Shown: positions 30,378 through 40,339 of the stretch, piece after piece
Layout of the letters: the number at the start of each line of letters is the position of its first letter
Numbering within the stretch: the stretch's first letter is position 1
Origin: Promethearchaeota archaeon
Lineage (GTDB): Archaea > Asgardarchaeota > Lokiarchaeia > Sigyniarchaeales > SOKP01
Reading direction: 5' to 3'
DNA length: 64,000 nucleotides
Assembly (NCBI GenBank): GCA_030599585.1
Contig: JAUVNS010000002.1
Coordinates: forward strand, 192,001 to 256,000
Program-made: the position numbers and the translations under genes
The notes under the pieces: generated by a model
Told to the model about the DNA's origin: nothing
The model's input: the letters and a program-made list of their open reading frames with translations, nothing else
Database searches by the model: none

Positions 30378-32352
30378 GTCGTACCTCCCGTTTTTTTTCG
30401 TAAGTCTTAATTACGTCCATCTCAGATATGTTTTCATGATTTGTGTAAGGACAAATAATTGAACATACTCCACACCCATCACATAGTTCAGGGGATATGT
30501 ATGAAGAATAGCCTTTCCATTCTTTTTCATTATTGTCAGTGAATTGTTTTATTTGAGTATCCATGCTAATTGCTGGACAATAGAAGTCTCTCATACATGT
30601 ATGGCATTTACGACAAATATCTTGATCAACAAAGAACGGTTGTATTTTTTCTCCTCTTTTCCTTTTGTTTCGATCCTCCCATAATGCACAAGAACCTCTA
30701 GATATAATAACTGTTGGACCTCTTTCATCCAATGCTTTTTTAAAAGAGGGGATGCAATTTTTAGCGTCAAAACAATCATTAATTATAATGTTCTTAAATC
30801 CTATTCCTCTTAAGATGTCTTCAATATTGATTTTAGTTTTATTGTCAGCGAGTCCATATCCAGTTCCTGGATTTATCTGTTGTCCTGTCATTGCTGTAAT
30901 TGAATTGTCAAGAATTATTACAATTACATCTTCATTGTTATGGCAAATATTAACCATTCCCGGTAAACCTGCATGGAAAAAAGTGCTGTCTCCGATTACA
31001 GAAATTATTTTCTCTTTAGCAGCTAAAGAGATACCACTTCCAGCACCAAGCGTAGCACCCATTGATAACAACAAGTCATCACCGTTCAATTTTGGATAAA
31101 TTTTATTGTTTAAAAGAAGCATAGAATAGCAGCCAATATCGTTTATAAGTGCAATTTCATTAGACTTACCACTTACTGCTCTTTGGAGCGCCCAAAACGT
31201 AGCTCGATGAGGACATCCTGGGCAAAATACAGGGATTCTAACAGGTAATATAGATTTTAATTCCTCAGCTTTTTTTACAATAGCATCATAGTCGGTAGTT
31301 GTTTTTACATCAAAGATATTCTTAAAGACCTTGAAAACTATGGGGATGTTATATTCAAATGCTTCGCTAAAATGACCCGAATCTTTACCAATTACTTTTA
31401 GATCAAGGTTAATATCTTTTGCTAGAATTTTAACATGATTTTCAAGATATGGAGAAAGTTCCTCGACGATAATCACCTTTTCTAAGTTATTTATAAATGA
31501 CGAAATTACTTTGTTAGGAAGAGGGTAAGTCGTTCCTAATTTTAAGATAGGTGGATTGATATTAAGTTTGTTACATACTTCTAGCACATAGTTATACGAA
31601 ACACCAGATACAATTACACCAGTTTTGGAAGACCCTTCAGTGACTGTATTGAATTCAGAAGTTTCAAACTCAGCTTTTATTTGATCTCTTCGTTCTAACA
31701 TTTTTAATTTGAGCTCACGAGCTTTTGATCCGACAGTAGCATATTTTTTATTAAACGATCGAAAGCTTCCTTTACGGAATTCGGTCCGATTTAACGGTTC
31801 TAAAGGTACAATTGTAGATTGATGGTTAATTCGAGTCGTGGTCCTTACTAACACAAGGGTTTGGTGTTTTTCGGAAATCTCAAATGCAGCTTTTACCATA
31901 CTCTTTGCTTCCACGGGATCAGTTGGCTCTAGCATGGGAATATAAGAATTAGAAGCAAAAAATCTCCCATCTTCTTCACTTTGTGAAGAATGACAATAAG
32001 GATCGTCAGCAAAAACTAAAACACATCCTTTATTCAATCCAGTGTATCCTAAACTAAAGAATGTGTCAGAAGCAACATTTAACCCTACACTCTTCATTGC
32101 GATTAATGACCGCTGTCCTCCCATAGAAGCGCCTGCTACAATTTCAAGAGCAACTTTTTCATTTGTAGCGATCTCCATTTTTATTCCAAATTTATCCGAA
32201 ATTTGGTAAAAAGTATCTAAGATTTCAGATACAGGAGAACCAGGATAAAAAGCTACGATTTTAACATCAGACTCTAAGGCCCCTCGTACTATAGCCTCGT
32301 TACAAAAAAGAAAGGCATGTTTTTTATCAGTCGAAATTACATCGGATAACAT
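30367..32352 (-). CDS. iorA: Indolepyruvate:ferredoxin oxidoreductase alpha subunit
   Basis: NEAIVRG, YPGSP, NEKVALE, MKSVGLNVASD, FCPGCPHR, DIGCY, GDSTFFH, LDNSITAMTGQQ; two C-terminal 4Fe-4S motifs. Confidence 0.95.
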   Translation of the reverse strand: MLSDVISTDKKHAFLFCNEAIVRGALESDVKIVAFYPGSPVSEILDTFYQISDKFGIKMEIATNEKVALEIVAGASMGGQRSLIAMKSVGLNVASDTFFSLGYTGLNKGCVLVFADDPYCHSSQSEEDGRFFASNSYIPMLEPTDPVEAKSMVKAAFEISEKHQTLVLVRTTTRINHQSTIVPLEPLNRTEFRKGSFRSFNKKYATVGSKARELKLKMLERRDQIKAEFETSEFNTVTEGSSKTGVIVSGVSYNYVLEVCNKLNINPPILKLGTTYPLPNKVISSFINNLEKVIIVEELSPYLENHVKILAKDINLDLKVIGKDSGHFSEAFEYNIPIVFKVFKNIFDVKTTTDYDAIVKKAEELKSILPVRIPVFCPGCPHRATFWALQRAVSGKSNEIALINDIGCYSMLLLNNKIYPKLNGDDLLLSMGATLGAGSGISLAAKEKIISVIGDSTFFHAGLPGMVNICHNNEDVIVIILDNSITAMTGQQINPGTGYGLADNKTKINIEDILRGIGFKNIIINDCFDAKNCIPSFKKALDERGPTVIISRGSCALWEDRNKRKRGEKIQPFFVDQDICRKCHTCMRDFYCPAISMDTQIKQFTDNNEKEWKGYSSYISPELCDGCGVCSIICPYTNHENISEMDVIKTYEKKREVRHDL

Positions 32353-32489
32353 GATTTTGATTCTAATCTCTCATTTAGTAGTATTTAAGAAGTGACAGAA
32401 ATTCACTTCTTTGAATGTTATTCTGAAAATTCTCTTAAAATTATTTTCATTATGTTTTATAATATAGTTTGATTCATTCTTGTTTGCAA

Positions 32490-32573
32490 TATATCTGAAA
32501 TCGAATACATTTATAAGGGTGTTCTTCTTCCATTATATTAATGTTCGATTTCAAATATATTAGAGATCGAACA
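32490..32573. promoter_or_regulatory. Candidate PadR operator: 32-bp imperfect palindrome plus an upstream related box
   Basis: TGTTCGATTTCAAATATATTAGAGATCGAACA (32542-32573) and TATATCTGAAATCGAATAC (32490-32508) flank a TTTATAA box upstream of the PadR gene. Confidence 0.55.
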
Positions 32574-32588
32574 CAAATTTGGTGAAAA

Positions 32589-33251
32589 TTGAAAATGTTT
32601 TTTGGTAAAAGATTTAGTGGACATGAAGGCGAAATCTTCTCAGGGTTGGATATCTTAGTACTTTCTCTTATAGAAAACTACGACGGTATCTCTGGATACG
32701 ATCTCGCTCGGAAAATAAACAAGAAATTCAATAAACTTTGGCACGCATCTCCTGGCACAATTTATCCTTTACTAAACAGATTAGCTAAGAAAGGCTTTAT
32801 TGCAATGGAAGTAGTAACCAGAAACAATCGAAATATTAAATTGTATAGAATTACGAAATCAGGACAAATAAGATTAAAAGAAGTTCTCAAAAGCAATTTA
32901 GAACCAAGTATAGACACGCTTGGAGAATATCTTAGAACTATAGTTCAAACTTGGATTCCTGATGAAGATCGCATACATAGTATGATGTCTTGCTTTCCAT
33001 TTCACCGAGAGCAATCACATAGAAACATAGATAAGGAAGATTACTCTATAGCGAACATTGAACGTGTAAAAAGAAGATTAGATGAACTGAATTTTTCTAA
33101 AACCAAGATATCTAAAAGATTGGATCATATTGGTAAAAAAATCTCTCATTACGAAATATTACTAAGTGATCTGAATGTTAAGCGAAAAGAGAATACAAAA
33201 ACTATAGAAATTGTTGACGATGACGAATATGAGGCTTCCAAAAAACCTTAG
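32589..33251 (+). CDS. PadR-family transcriptional regulator with C-terminal extension
   Basis: SGYDL, W..SPGTIYPLLNRL..KGFI, KLYRITKSG. Confidence 0.9.
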   Translation: MKMFFGKRFSGHEGEIFSGLDILVLSLIENYDGISGYDLARKINKKFNKLWHASPGTIYPLLNRLAKKGFIAMEVVTRNNRNIKLYRITKSGQIRLKEVLKSNLEPSIDTLGEYLRTIVQTWIPDEDRIHSMMSCFPFHREQSHRNIDKEDYSIANIERVKRRLDELNFSKTKISKRLDHIGKKISHYEILLSDLNVKRKENTKTIEIVDDDEYEASKKP

Positions 33252-33295
33252 TTTTCACCACCCAAATTAAAAATTAAAGAAAAGAGGTAAAATAT

Positions 33296-33796
33296 ATGCA
33301 TAATGACAAAAATTGTGGACCAAGGCACCATGACAGAAATTATGGGCAAATGCATGGCATGCATGGTTGTATGCCTTTTAATCCGAGGGACATAGCAAAA
33401 ATGAAACACATGGCTCACCAGTTTATGGGAGGTTTCATGGGTGATTACATTCATCACAATATGGAAGATTTAGGAAGTGAATACTTGATTACAGTACCAT
33501 TACCCGGTCGTACTAAAGATGATGTTACAGTATCGCTTATTAATAAACACTTGAACATTAAAGCAAATAAACCAAAAGTACCTGAACATGAAAAAGTCTC
33601 TGAAGAACCTAAAAAACAAGGATTTCCATTTATGTTTAAAGGTTTTAGGTTTATCGACGTAAACATGGATGTTCCACTTCCTGCGGATGCTGACGAAACC
33701 AAGATAACTTCTAGAATGACAAACGGCCTTTTAAGAGTTATAATCAGAAAGAAACCTGCAAAACCTATAGATATTAGTGAAGAACCAAATAATTAG
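33296..33796 (+). CDS. Small heat-shock protein (Hsp20/alpha-crystallin) with His/Met-rich N-terminus
   Basis: YLITVPLPGRTKDDVTV, VPLPADAD..ITSRMTNGLLRVII, C-terminal IxI (IDI); GAGGT RBS. Confidence 0.88.
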   Translation: MHNDKNCGPRHHDRNYGQMHGMHGCMPFNPRDIAKMKHMAHQFMGGFMGDYIHHNMEDLGSEYLITVPLPGRTKDDVTVSLINKHLNIKANKPKVPEHEKVSEEPKKQGFPFMFKGFRFIDVNMDVPLPADADETKITSRMTNGLLRVIIRKKPAKPIDISEEPNN

Positions 33797-33820
33797 GACC
33801 TAATATCACATTGAAAAGGC

Positions 33821-33893
33821 GGAGCACTTTAGAATTTATTACTTATCGACTCGGAGAGAGTATAAAAGTAGTAGTAAAACTCTAAAGCACTCC
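33821..33893. other. Long intergenic hairpin followed by a T tract (structured 3' end or small RNA)
   Basis: GGAGCACTTTAGA...TCTAAAGCACTCC arms, with inner TACTT/AAGTA and ACTC/GAGT pairs. Confidence 0.55.
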
Positions 33894-34075
33894 ATTTATT
33901 TATTTTTTTTTATATTTATACTTATAGAATGTTTACTGACTTATTTTAACACTGCTTTTTAGAAGTTATTTAATCTGAATCAGAGGCAATATTTTTGATT
34001 AATTTTTACTTAAGATTTATAATTTTGAAAGGTTAAATAATAATAATAATTAAATCAAATTTAACCTTAGAAATT

Positions 34076-36652
34076 ATGAATGAACAAAAAAGTAAAAAAA
34101 TGCGAACACATCCAGTTAATTATGTCCTCTTAGCTGCATCCTTCATCGTTTTCGGTAGCCTTGGATTAGTGTTTATAACCCAAATGGAAATTCAACCCGG
34201 ATGGGTTTGGGAAGAGTATAGTGAAGAAAATTCTATGGAATTGTCTATCATAGCTGCTGACGACTTTAATAAGGATGGTATCAACGATATTATTACTTAC
34301 GCCGATGTTAGATGGCAGGAATCTGAGAATGAAGGAAATCCGGATGATTTAACTAATTATGGTAAAATACTCGGATTAAATGGCTTGAGTGGAGCAAAGC
34401 TATGGGAAAAAAACACCAATAATCCGGTGAAGAGAGTGTTTGAGCTGGGGGATATAAACGGTGATGATATAAAGGATTATTTCGCTGTGATTGCTTCCGT
34501 AACTCCAGATTGGGTCAAACCTAACAATCAATCTAATTTTCAACCAGAAATAATTCCAGATGCTTATACTAATATCATGATCTCAGGTAATAACGGCACT
34601 GACATTCCGATTCTAACAGGGGATCTCCGAAATTTTACTAATCTTTTCATGCACGATGCTGTTTATCTGAACAATAGCTTAGTTGATCTTGTATTTATTG
34701 AGTGTATATCAAAAGTAAACGCGTCGAACGAGTATTATTGCAACATTTCCAGTTATTTCGTAAATGGAACTCAATATGACACATTCTACATGGATTTTAC
34801 GTGGATTAGTGAAAATGATATAATTCCAGCCATAGATTTATTTCCCTACGGTTCTAAAGATGAGCTGCTTTTTATAAATCAAAATTCAATTATATTATTC
34901 AATACCAGTGCGTCTAACTTCATGAATCCAATTTTCAACGAAACGCTTACCGAACATAGTACTCGTTATACTTTTATTGAAGACCTAAATGGCGACGATA
35001 TTAACGAGATAGCGCTACTATCAACCGAGGGGAATGTAACAATTGTTAATGGTATTGATGGGAGTACAATTCGGATTTTTAGTATTCCAGGAGAATACAA
35101 TAATTTTGATATTAATCTACTCGGTTCTGACGAAAGCGATATGGAAGCCTACATTTTAATTAATTGTGATATATATGAAGAGAGTTCTGGAACAAGAGAT
35201 AGTCTTATGATAATTTATAAAGTTGAAGAGACTTCTGAAGAAATTTATTGGCAATTATCTACCTATTCAACTGAAGAAGCAACGAATGCCTATGCCTTAG
35301 GAGAAGATATGAATGGAGATAACATTGATGAAATAGTTCTTTCCGAAAGAATTAGACTTGTTTATTCCCCTCAAGAAGTTCGCCGTTTAACGATAATAAA
35401 CCCGTCAGATAATTCAGTTCTTGGTATTATAAATAACGAATATGGTACTCAGGAATTGCTTCCATTTCAAGATTTTAGCGGTGATGGTAAAGGTGATTAT
35501 GTTTTTTCAGCTCACGATAGGGTTATTGCGTTTGCTTCTTCAAAACCACTCGCAATATGGTTGTCTCCACATTTCTCTTTTGGAACTCCACTTTTTGCCA
35601 CTCTTGTAGCTTTATTAATCGTAGGAATAGTATTAGTTATATTAAAGAGTAGGAAGCTGAGCTTTAGTAGAGGAGGTGTCAAGGAACATAAACTTACGGT
35701 CGCTGTGAATGCGCTTGCCATAACTTTAATGTCCGTCACTTTCTTGTTGTTTCTAATACAGCTAAATATCTTTAACAAGACGCTAATACCTAACCAAAAT
35801 ATGACTTCGATTATTGTGAGCTTCCTTACAGTAATAATTACTTGGTATGGAGCATTACCCTTAACCGCTGCGTTATACAATAGATTTGCCTCGAGATTTG
35901 CTTATTTCTTCATAAAACTTCGATCACTCTTTTTTAAGATATCTAAAAGCTATGAAACAGATATACTTGTGCTTGATATGGAGGATAGGAAAGAAATTGG
36001 GACGGTGATCCAGATGAAACGGATTCTTCTCCCGTTACTCCTTTCGATTGCAATTGGATTCTATACGTACGGAGCTATTACACCTATTCTTGGTTACCCT
36101 CAAGATTTTGATGTTTTTGGGTCAACTGAGTTCTTTCAATTTATGAACGGTTATATGCTTTGTTGTATATTTCCAATGATTTTGACCTTTCTCGTATTTT
36201 CGTTTTTTATTGCCGGAAATTTCCTTTTAGATGACGCTGGTGTCGTCTACTTTCGTCAATCCAAAAAATATCGAGGTCCAGGAGATATAGAACCGATAAG
36301 CGTATGGGCTCAATCACTCGTAAAGGGGATGGCAGGTCTTTCTGCGATAGTGACTTTAATAGGTTTCTTAACAACGGTAGATCTTTCAGGATTCTTCGCC
36401 GATAGCAATGATATTGCGAGCATGGTATTTGGAGTCTTAGTAATCGTGGTTTTCTTTGCGGGGATTCCATTTTTAACCGCTTTTTCATATATATTATTAG
36501 CGGGAGAAATAATGGAATTCTCAATGGATTTCAACACCCAAAAATTATATTCTTTAATGGAAAAGAAAGGATATGACCCGACCCCGCGCGATGTAACCAA
36601 TATTTACCCCGATGGAAAACCTTCTTCACGCAATTCTATAATAGAGGAATAA
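34076..36652 (+). CDS. Membrane protein: N-terminal anchor, FG-GAP/VCBS repeat ectodomain, ~7 C-terminal TM helices
   Basis: DFNKDGIND, DINGDDIKD, DLNGDDINE, DMNGDNIDE, DFSGDGKGD repeats; many NxS/T sequons; seven hydrophobic segments after residue ~500. Confidence 0.8.
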   Translation: MNEQKSKKMRTHPVNYVLLAASFIVFGSLGLVFITQMEIQPGWVWEEYSEENSMELSIIAADDFNKDGINDIITYADVRWQESENEGNPDDLTNYGKILGLNGLSGAKLWEKNTNNPVKRVFELGDINGDDIKDYFAVIASVTPDWVKPNNQSNFQPEIIPDAYTNIMISGNNGTDIPILTGDLRNFTNLFMHDAVYLNNSLVDLVFIECISKVNASNEYYCNISSYFVNGTQYDTFYMDFTWISENDIIPAIDLFPYGSKDELLFINQNSIILFNTSASNFMNPIFNETLTEHSTRYTFIEDLNGDDINEIALLSTEGNVTIVNGIDGSTIRIFSIPGEYNNFDINLLGSDESDMEAYILINCDIYEESSGTRDSLMIIYKVEETSEEIYWQLSTYSTEEATNAYALGEDMNGDNIDEIVLSERIRLVYSPQEVRRLTIINPSDNSVLGIINNEYGTQELLPFQDFSGDGKGDYVFSAHDRVIAFASSKPLAIWLSPHFSFGTPLFATLVALLIVGIVLVILKSRKLSFSRGGVKEHKLTVAVNALAITLMSVTFLLFLIQLNIFNKTLIPNQNMTSIIVSFLTVIITWYGALPLTAALYNRFASRFAYFFIKLRSLFFKISKSYETDILVLDMEDRKEIGTVIQMKRILLPLLLSIAIGFYTYGAITPILGYPQDFDVFGSTEFFQFMNGYMLCCIFPMILTFLVFSFFIAGNFLLDDAGVVYFRQSKKYRGPGDIEPISVWAQSLVKGMAGLSAIVTLIGFLTTVDLSGFFADSNDIASMVFGVLVIVVFFAGIPFLTAFSYILLAGEIMEFSMDFNTQKLYSLMEKKGYDPTPRDVTNIYPDGKPSSRNSIIEE

Positions 36653-36778
36653 TTTAAATAGAATTTTCTCTTTTTATTTTTTTTTATTATCCTAATATGA
36701 ATAAAATAGTTGATTTTGGGAAGAATTAATAAGAAAAATAGTAAAAAAAAATAAATATATAAAAAAATCGTTTTAGAA

Positions 36779-37747
36779 TTATCTTTTGCGTATTCTACCT
36801 CTAACAACTACAAAAACAACTAAAGCAACGCTGACAGCTGAGACTATTATCAGAATTAGATAAAACAGCCATTCTGAATTGGAACTTGTTATCCGGTAAA
36901 TAATCGTATCACTTAAGTCTTTTACTGTGAAGGAAGACATCATCCCTCTCTCTCCGTAGGAAACTTCGACAGTATAATTTGTTATACCATAGCGCTCAAA
37001 TATAAGCGTTGACCCACTTACTGAAGTATTCTTGCATCCAAGTTCGCTAACTAGAGATTCTAAGTAACTTCCGTGTGGTCCTGCAGTTGCAAAACCACTG
37101 AAAATGAGGTTCCAGAGAAACTCATCTGCGCTTACATTTGGAAAGCTCAAGCCAGATGATTGAATAAAGAAGTTTCCGTTTAGATCTTCAGCAAGAGCAC
37201 TATAATCGTCTAACATTACTTTGAATTTTAAAGGGTCCGGAAAGATTATGATTCCTTCGGTACTGCTCGGGTTCTCCTCATATTCATTAGTTGTATAGTT
37301 CCAAACCGCGCGTAATCCGTACGATAAGGTATAATTAGTTGTATAGTTTGCATTGATCGTAGTTTTGTTGTATCCTTGAAAATCCATAATAGCTAAGAGT
37401 GCAAAAGTTTCTGTAGAGTTGAAGAATTCGCGCATAAAGATTGAGGTAAAAACATCCCAAGTGTCCCATGTGGAGGGTACCCATCCTCTTAGTGTTGCTT
37501 TGCTTTTTGCATTTGTAATATTTGCCTCTCCTTCAAACCAATCGCTCGGTGTTAAGGAAGGATCAACAGTGTTTTTCCATTCATCACCATCATAAAGTTC
37601 TACTACGAATTCATCAGTTCCTTTCGTTAAAGTATTTTGGTACGTTGTACTAGCTACTATCGATGTCGAAAGAATTCCTATAAGAAATAAGCTAAGTATA
37701 GTTAAACTCAATATACTTGTTCTGGTTTTACTTTTAATTAACCTCAT
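36779..37747 (-). CDS. Secreted, C-terminally anchored surface (glyco)protein
   Basis: Basic/hydrophobic signal peptide, multiple NxS/T sequons, C-terminal TM plus basic tail; last gene of the PadR-ABC operon. Confidence 0.75.
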   Translation of the reverse strand: MRLIKSKTRTSILSLTILSLFLIGILSTSIVASTTYQNTLTKGTDEFVVELYDGDEWKNTVDPSLTPSDWFEGEANITNAKSKATLRGWVPSTWDTWDVFTSIFMREFFNSTETFALLAIMDFQGYNKTTINANYTTNYTLSYGLRAVWNYTTNEYEENPSSTEGIIIFPDPLKFKVMLDDYSALAEDLNGNFFIQSSGLSFPNVSADEFLWNLIFSGFATAGPHGSYLESLVSELGCKNTSVSGSTLIFERYGITNYTVEVSYGERGMMSSFTVKDLSDTIIYRITSSNSEWLFYLILIIVSAVSVALVVFVVVRGRIRKR

Positions 37748-37748
37748 C

Positions 37749-38606
37749 TTACAATTGCCTCCTTTTGAATAAAATTGCTGCTAGCAAGAAACAAGCAACG
37801 ATATATACGAGCAATAGCGTCGTTCCCATAAAAATACTAGGGGTTGCCCAAGAACCGAATGAAAAATCACCACCTCCCATTCCAGGAGGACCCATCCCTC
37901 CGAACGAAAACTCGGCATATCTAGGATCTGGAAATGGATTTAGCAATATTGAGGTAACTAAATTACCCAAATATGCTAATGAGTATAAGGGTTCAAATGC
38001 GTCTGCAAATATTAAATTAATAATCTGGTCAGCTATGTTAAATCCCATAAGAAGAATAACCAAGGTGATTATGATTGTAATATTTACATTTTTCATAAAA
38101 GAACTGAATAGGGTCACAAAGCTGCTTAACGCTATAACATATAATACAGCAAATCCGAACGAATAAAATATCCGAATGTTAATAGGTCCACCATAATATA
38201 AAAACCCAAAGAGTCCGAGTATAAAATAAAACACTGCAACAATGAATACCACAAGTATTAGATTTCCAAGATACTTTCCTATAATCAATTTGTATTTGTT
38301 TATTTTTGGAAAGACAATAAAACCAGTTCTTTTGTTGAACTCAGAACAGATGATACCCGAAAAGAATAAACACGCCGCAAATAATGTTATGAACGAGATA
38401 AAGTTCAAACCGCTACTAAAGAACTCTGCTTGTGTATCTGCTAAAAGAAAGTCCGGAAACAATTGCAAAATATAACCCGTTAACACTGCAATTAAGATTG
38501 AAATTAGTGTAAAAAAGTAGAGTTTTTTTCTCTGTTTTTTCATTTCAAAGATTATCGTGTGATATATTGGCGATAATCCAATAAAAGTCTTATCTTCATT
38601 ACGCAT
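37749..38606 (-). CDS. ABC-2 type exporter permease
   Basis: Six TM segments, IICSEFNKRTG, GKYLG, C-terminal FKRRQL; ATG 38606 follows the ATPase stop. Confidence 0.85.
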   Translation of the reverse strand: MRNEDKTFIGLSPIYHTIIFEMKKQRKKLYFFTLISILIAVLTGYILQLFPDFLLADTQAEFFSSGLNFISFITLFAACLFFSGIICSEFNKRTGFIVFPKINKYKLIIGKYLGNLILVVFIVAVFYFILGLFGFLYYGGPINIRIFYSFGFAVLYVIALSSFVTLFSSFMKNVNITIIITLVILLMGFNIADQIINLIFADAFEPLYSLAYLGNLVTSILLNPFPDPRYAEFSFGGMGPPGMGGGDFSFGSWATPSIFMGTTLLLVYIVACFLLAAILFKRRQL

Positions 38607-38607
38607 T

Positions 38608-39654
38608 TTAAGAATCATCTCCTGTTAATTTAATTGTTCCTTCTGGTGTATTATCCGTTACCATTTGGGAATATACTCTCTCAAGTTGAGTAGTCCTTGG
38701 TTGAATGAATGAGAGAATTGTGAAATCTGACTCAAATTCTTTAACTAAAATTTTCAAGATTTCTCCTTTCGATTCTTTTTTTCCATCAAAATAAAATTTT
38801 AGTCCTTGATGTTCTATATTATATACTATAGGAATTTCTGCTGTGTTTGGATCTAAATTCTGATCTAAATAAGGATTAAGCCTATCAACCATTCGAATAA
38901 GTAAAGGAGCCCGTTTCTCAGAAGGAAGCGGATTCAGTAAAACACAATTTATCTCGCTGGTTTTTAGTGTAAGTGCTAAGTTGTCGACGGTGTCAAAGCC
39001 TATAATCTTCCCATAGTTAATGAGAGCAATTTTATCACATATTTCAGCAATCTCGTAGAGCATGTGTGATGCTACAAAAATAGTTTTTCCTAATTTTGAA
39101 AGTTTTCTGATATATTTCCGTATCTCTATTCTCGCAAGTGGGTCTAATCCCGTTTGTGGTTCGTCCAAAATTATAATATCGGGATCGTGGAGAATTGCTT
39201 GAATGATTCCTAATTTTTGCGTCATTCCTTTTGAGTAGTTCCTAACTCTTTCATGTTTCCAGTCTGAAAGCTTGAAGAGCTCTAAAAGCTCGTCGATTCT
39301 ATTCTCTAATTTATCTTTTGGATATCTCTGAATTTTTGCAAAGTATTTGAGTAATTGATATCCCGTCATGTTGTAAAAATTAGGGATGTCTATTAAGAAG
39401 CCAATCTGGCTAACTGTTGAAGATACACGCGCCAAGTCTTTCAATTCGCTATCGTTCGTTCTAATTAGGATTTTCCCTGCATTTGGTCTTAAAATCTTTG
39501 CAATCATCTTTATCGTGGTTGTTTTTCCTGCGCCGTTTGGACCTACTAATCCTATAGTTTCTCCTCGTTTTACTTCTAAATTAATACTGTTGACCGCAGT
39601 AAAGTTTCCAAATTTTTTCGTTAAGTTTTCTAGTTTAATTACTGTTTCTGACAT
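38608..39654 (-). CDS. ABC exporter ATP-binding protein
   Basis: GPNGAGKTT, YSKGMTQK, ILDEPQTGLDP, ASHML. Confidence 0.93.
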   Translation of the reverse strand: MSETVIKLENLTKKFGNFTAVNSINLEVKRGETIGLVGPNGAGKTTTIKMIAKILRPNAGKILIRTNDSELKDLARVSSTVSQIGFLIDIPNFYNMTGYQLLKYFAKIQRYPKDKLENRIDELLELFKLSDWKHERVRNYSKGMTQKLGIIQAILHDPDIIILDEPQTGLDPLARIEIRKYIRKLSKLGKTIFVASHMLYEIAEICDKIALINYGKIIGFDTVDNLALTLKTSEINCVLLNPLPSEKRAPLLIRMVDRLNPYLDQNLDPNTAEIPIVYNIEHQGLKFYFDGKKESKGEILKILVKEFESDFTILSFIQPRTTQLERVYSQMVTDNTPEGTIKLTGDDS

Positions 39655-39678
39655 TATTTCTTCATTTTTGATTTAAAT

Positions 39679-40248
39679 TTATGATACATCTTCATTTCGA
39701 TTTTTATCGTCCAATTTTATAATTTTATCTTCAACCTTGTGAAGATTTTGGTTTAAAATTTCAATTCTTTTTTTGAGAAAAGTTCTCTGGAATTCTAAAA
39801 CTTGTCGTGTTTCAATTCCAGGTTTGTGAGTCATTGCTGCAAAAGGAGACCTCTGATCAAAAATGTCATTCAATTCAATACTAGTTAATTCGTCCTTAAT
39901 TCCAAATGTAGATGTGATAATAGATCTCATAGATTCTCTTATTTTTTGCTCCTTTTTAACCATTATTTCAAGCGTATTCTTACCGTCTTCTGTGATATCG
40001 TAAGTTATTGTTTTTTCATCTGTATCGGATGTTTTAATCGAGCTTATTAGATTTTTTTCTCGTAAGTCTTTTAGAATTGTATAAATTGTTGAGTCTGTGG
40101 GCTCCCAGCATCCAAATGTGCGTTCTTCTATAGCTTTTTTGATCTGACGACCGTGCATAGGTTCTTTCTCTAAAACCAATAAAGTTAGGGTACTAATAAA
40201 TCCCTTTTTCATTGCTTTTTCAAATTTCCCGACAATATCTTCAACCAA
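39679..40248 (-). CDS. PadR-family transcriptional regulator
   Basis: KKG..LLVLEKEPMHG..I, WEPTDSTIYTILKDL, YDITEDG. Confidence 0.88.
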   Translation of the reverse strand: MVEDIVGKFEKAMKKGFISTLTLLVLEKEPMHGRQIKKAIEERTFGCWEPTDSTIYTILKDLREKNLISSIKTSDTDEKTITYDITEDGKNTLEIMVKKEQKIRESMRSIITSTFGIKDELTSIELNDIFDQRSPFAAMTHKPGIETRQVLEFQRTFLKKRIEILNQNLHKVEDKIIKLDDKNRNEDVS

Positions 40249-40267
40249 AAGGCGTCACTCTAAAAAT

Positions 40268-40339
40268 TGTATCGATTATTTTTATTAAAATCGAAATGTA
40301 TCAGTTATCGATATAATGGATATATCGGTTTCCGTTATA
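40268..40339. promoter_or_regulatory. Candidate PadR operator boxes (TATATCG-N5-CGATATA-like)
   Basis: TGTATCAgttatCGATATA (40297-40315), TATATCGgtttcCGTTATA (40321-40339), half-site TGTATCG at 40268. Confidence 0.55.
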
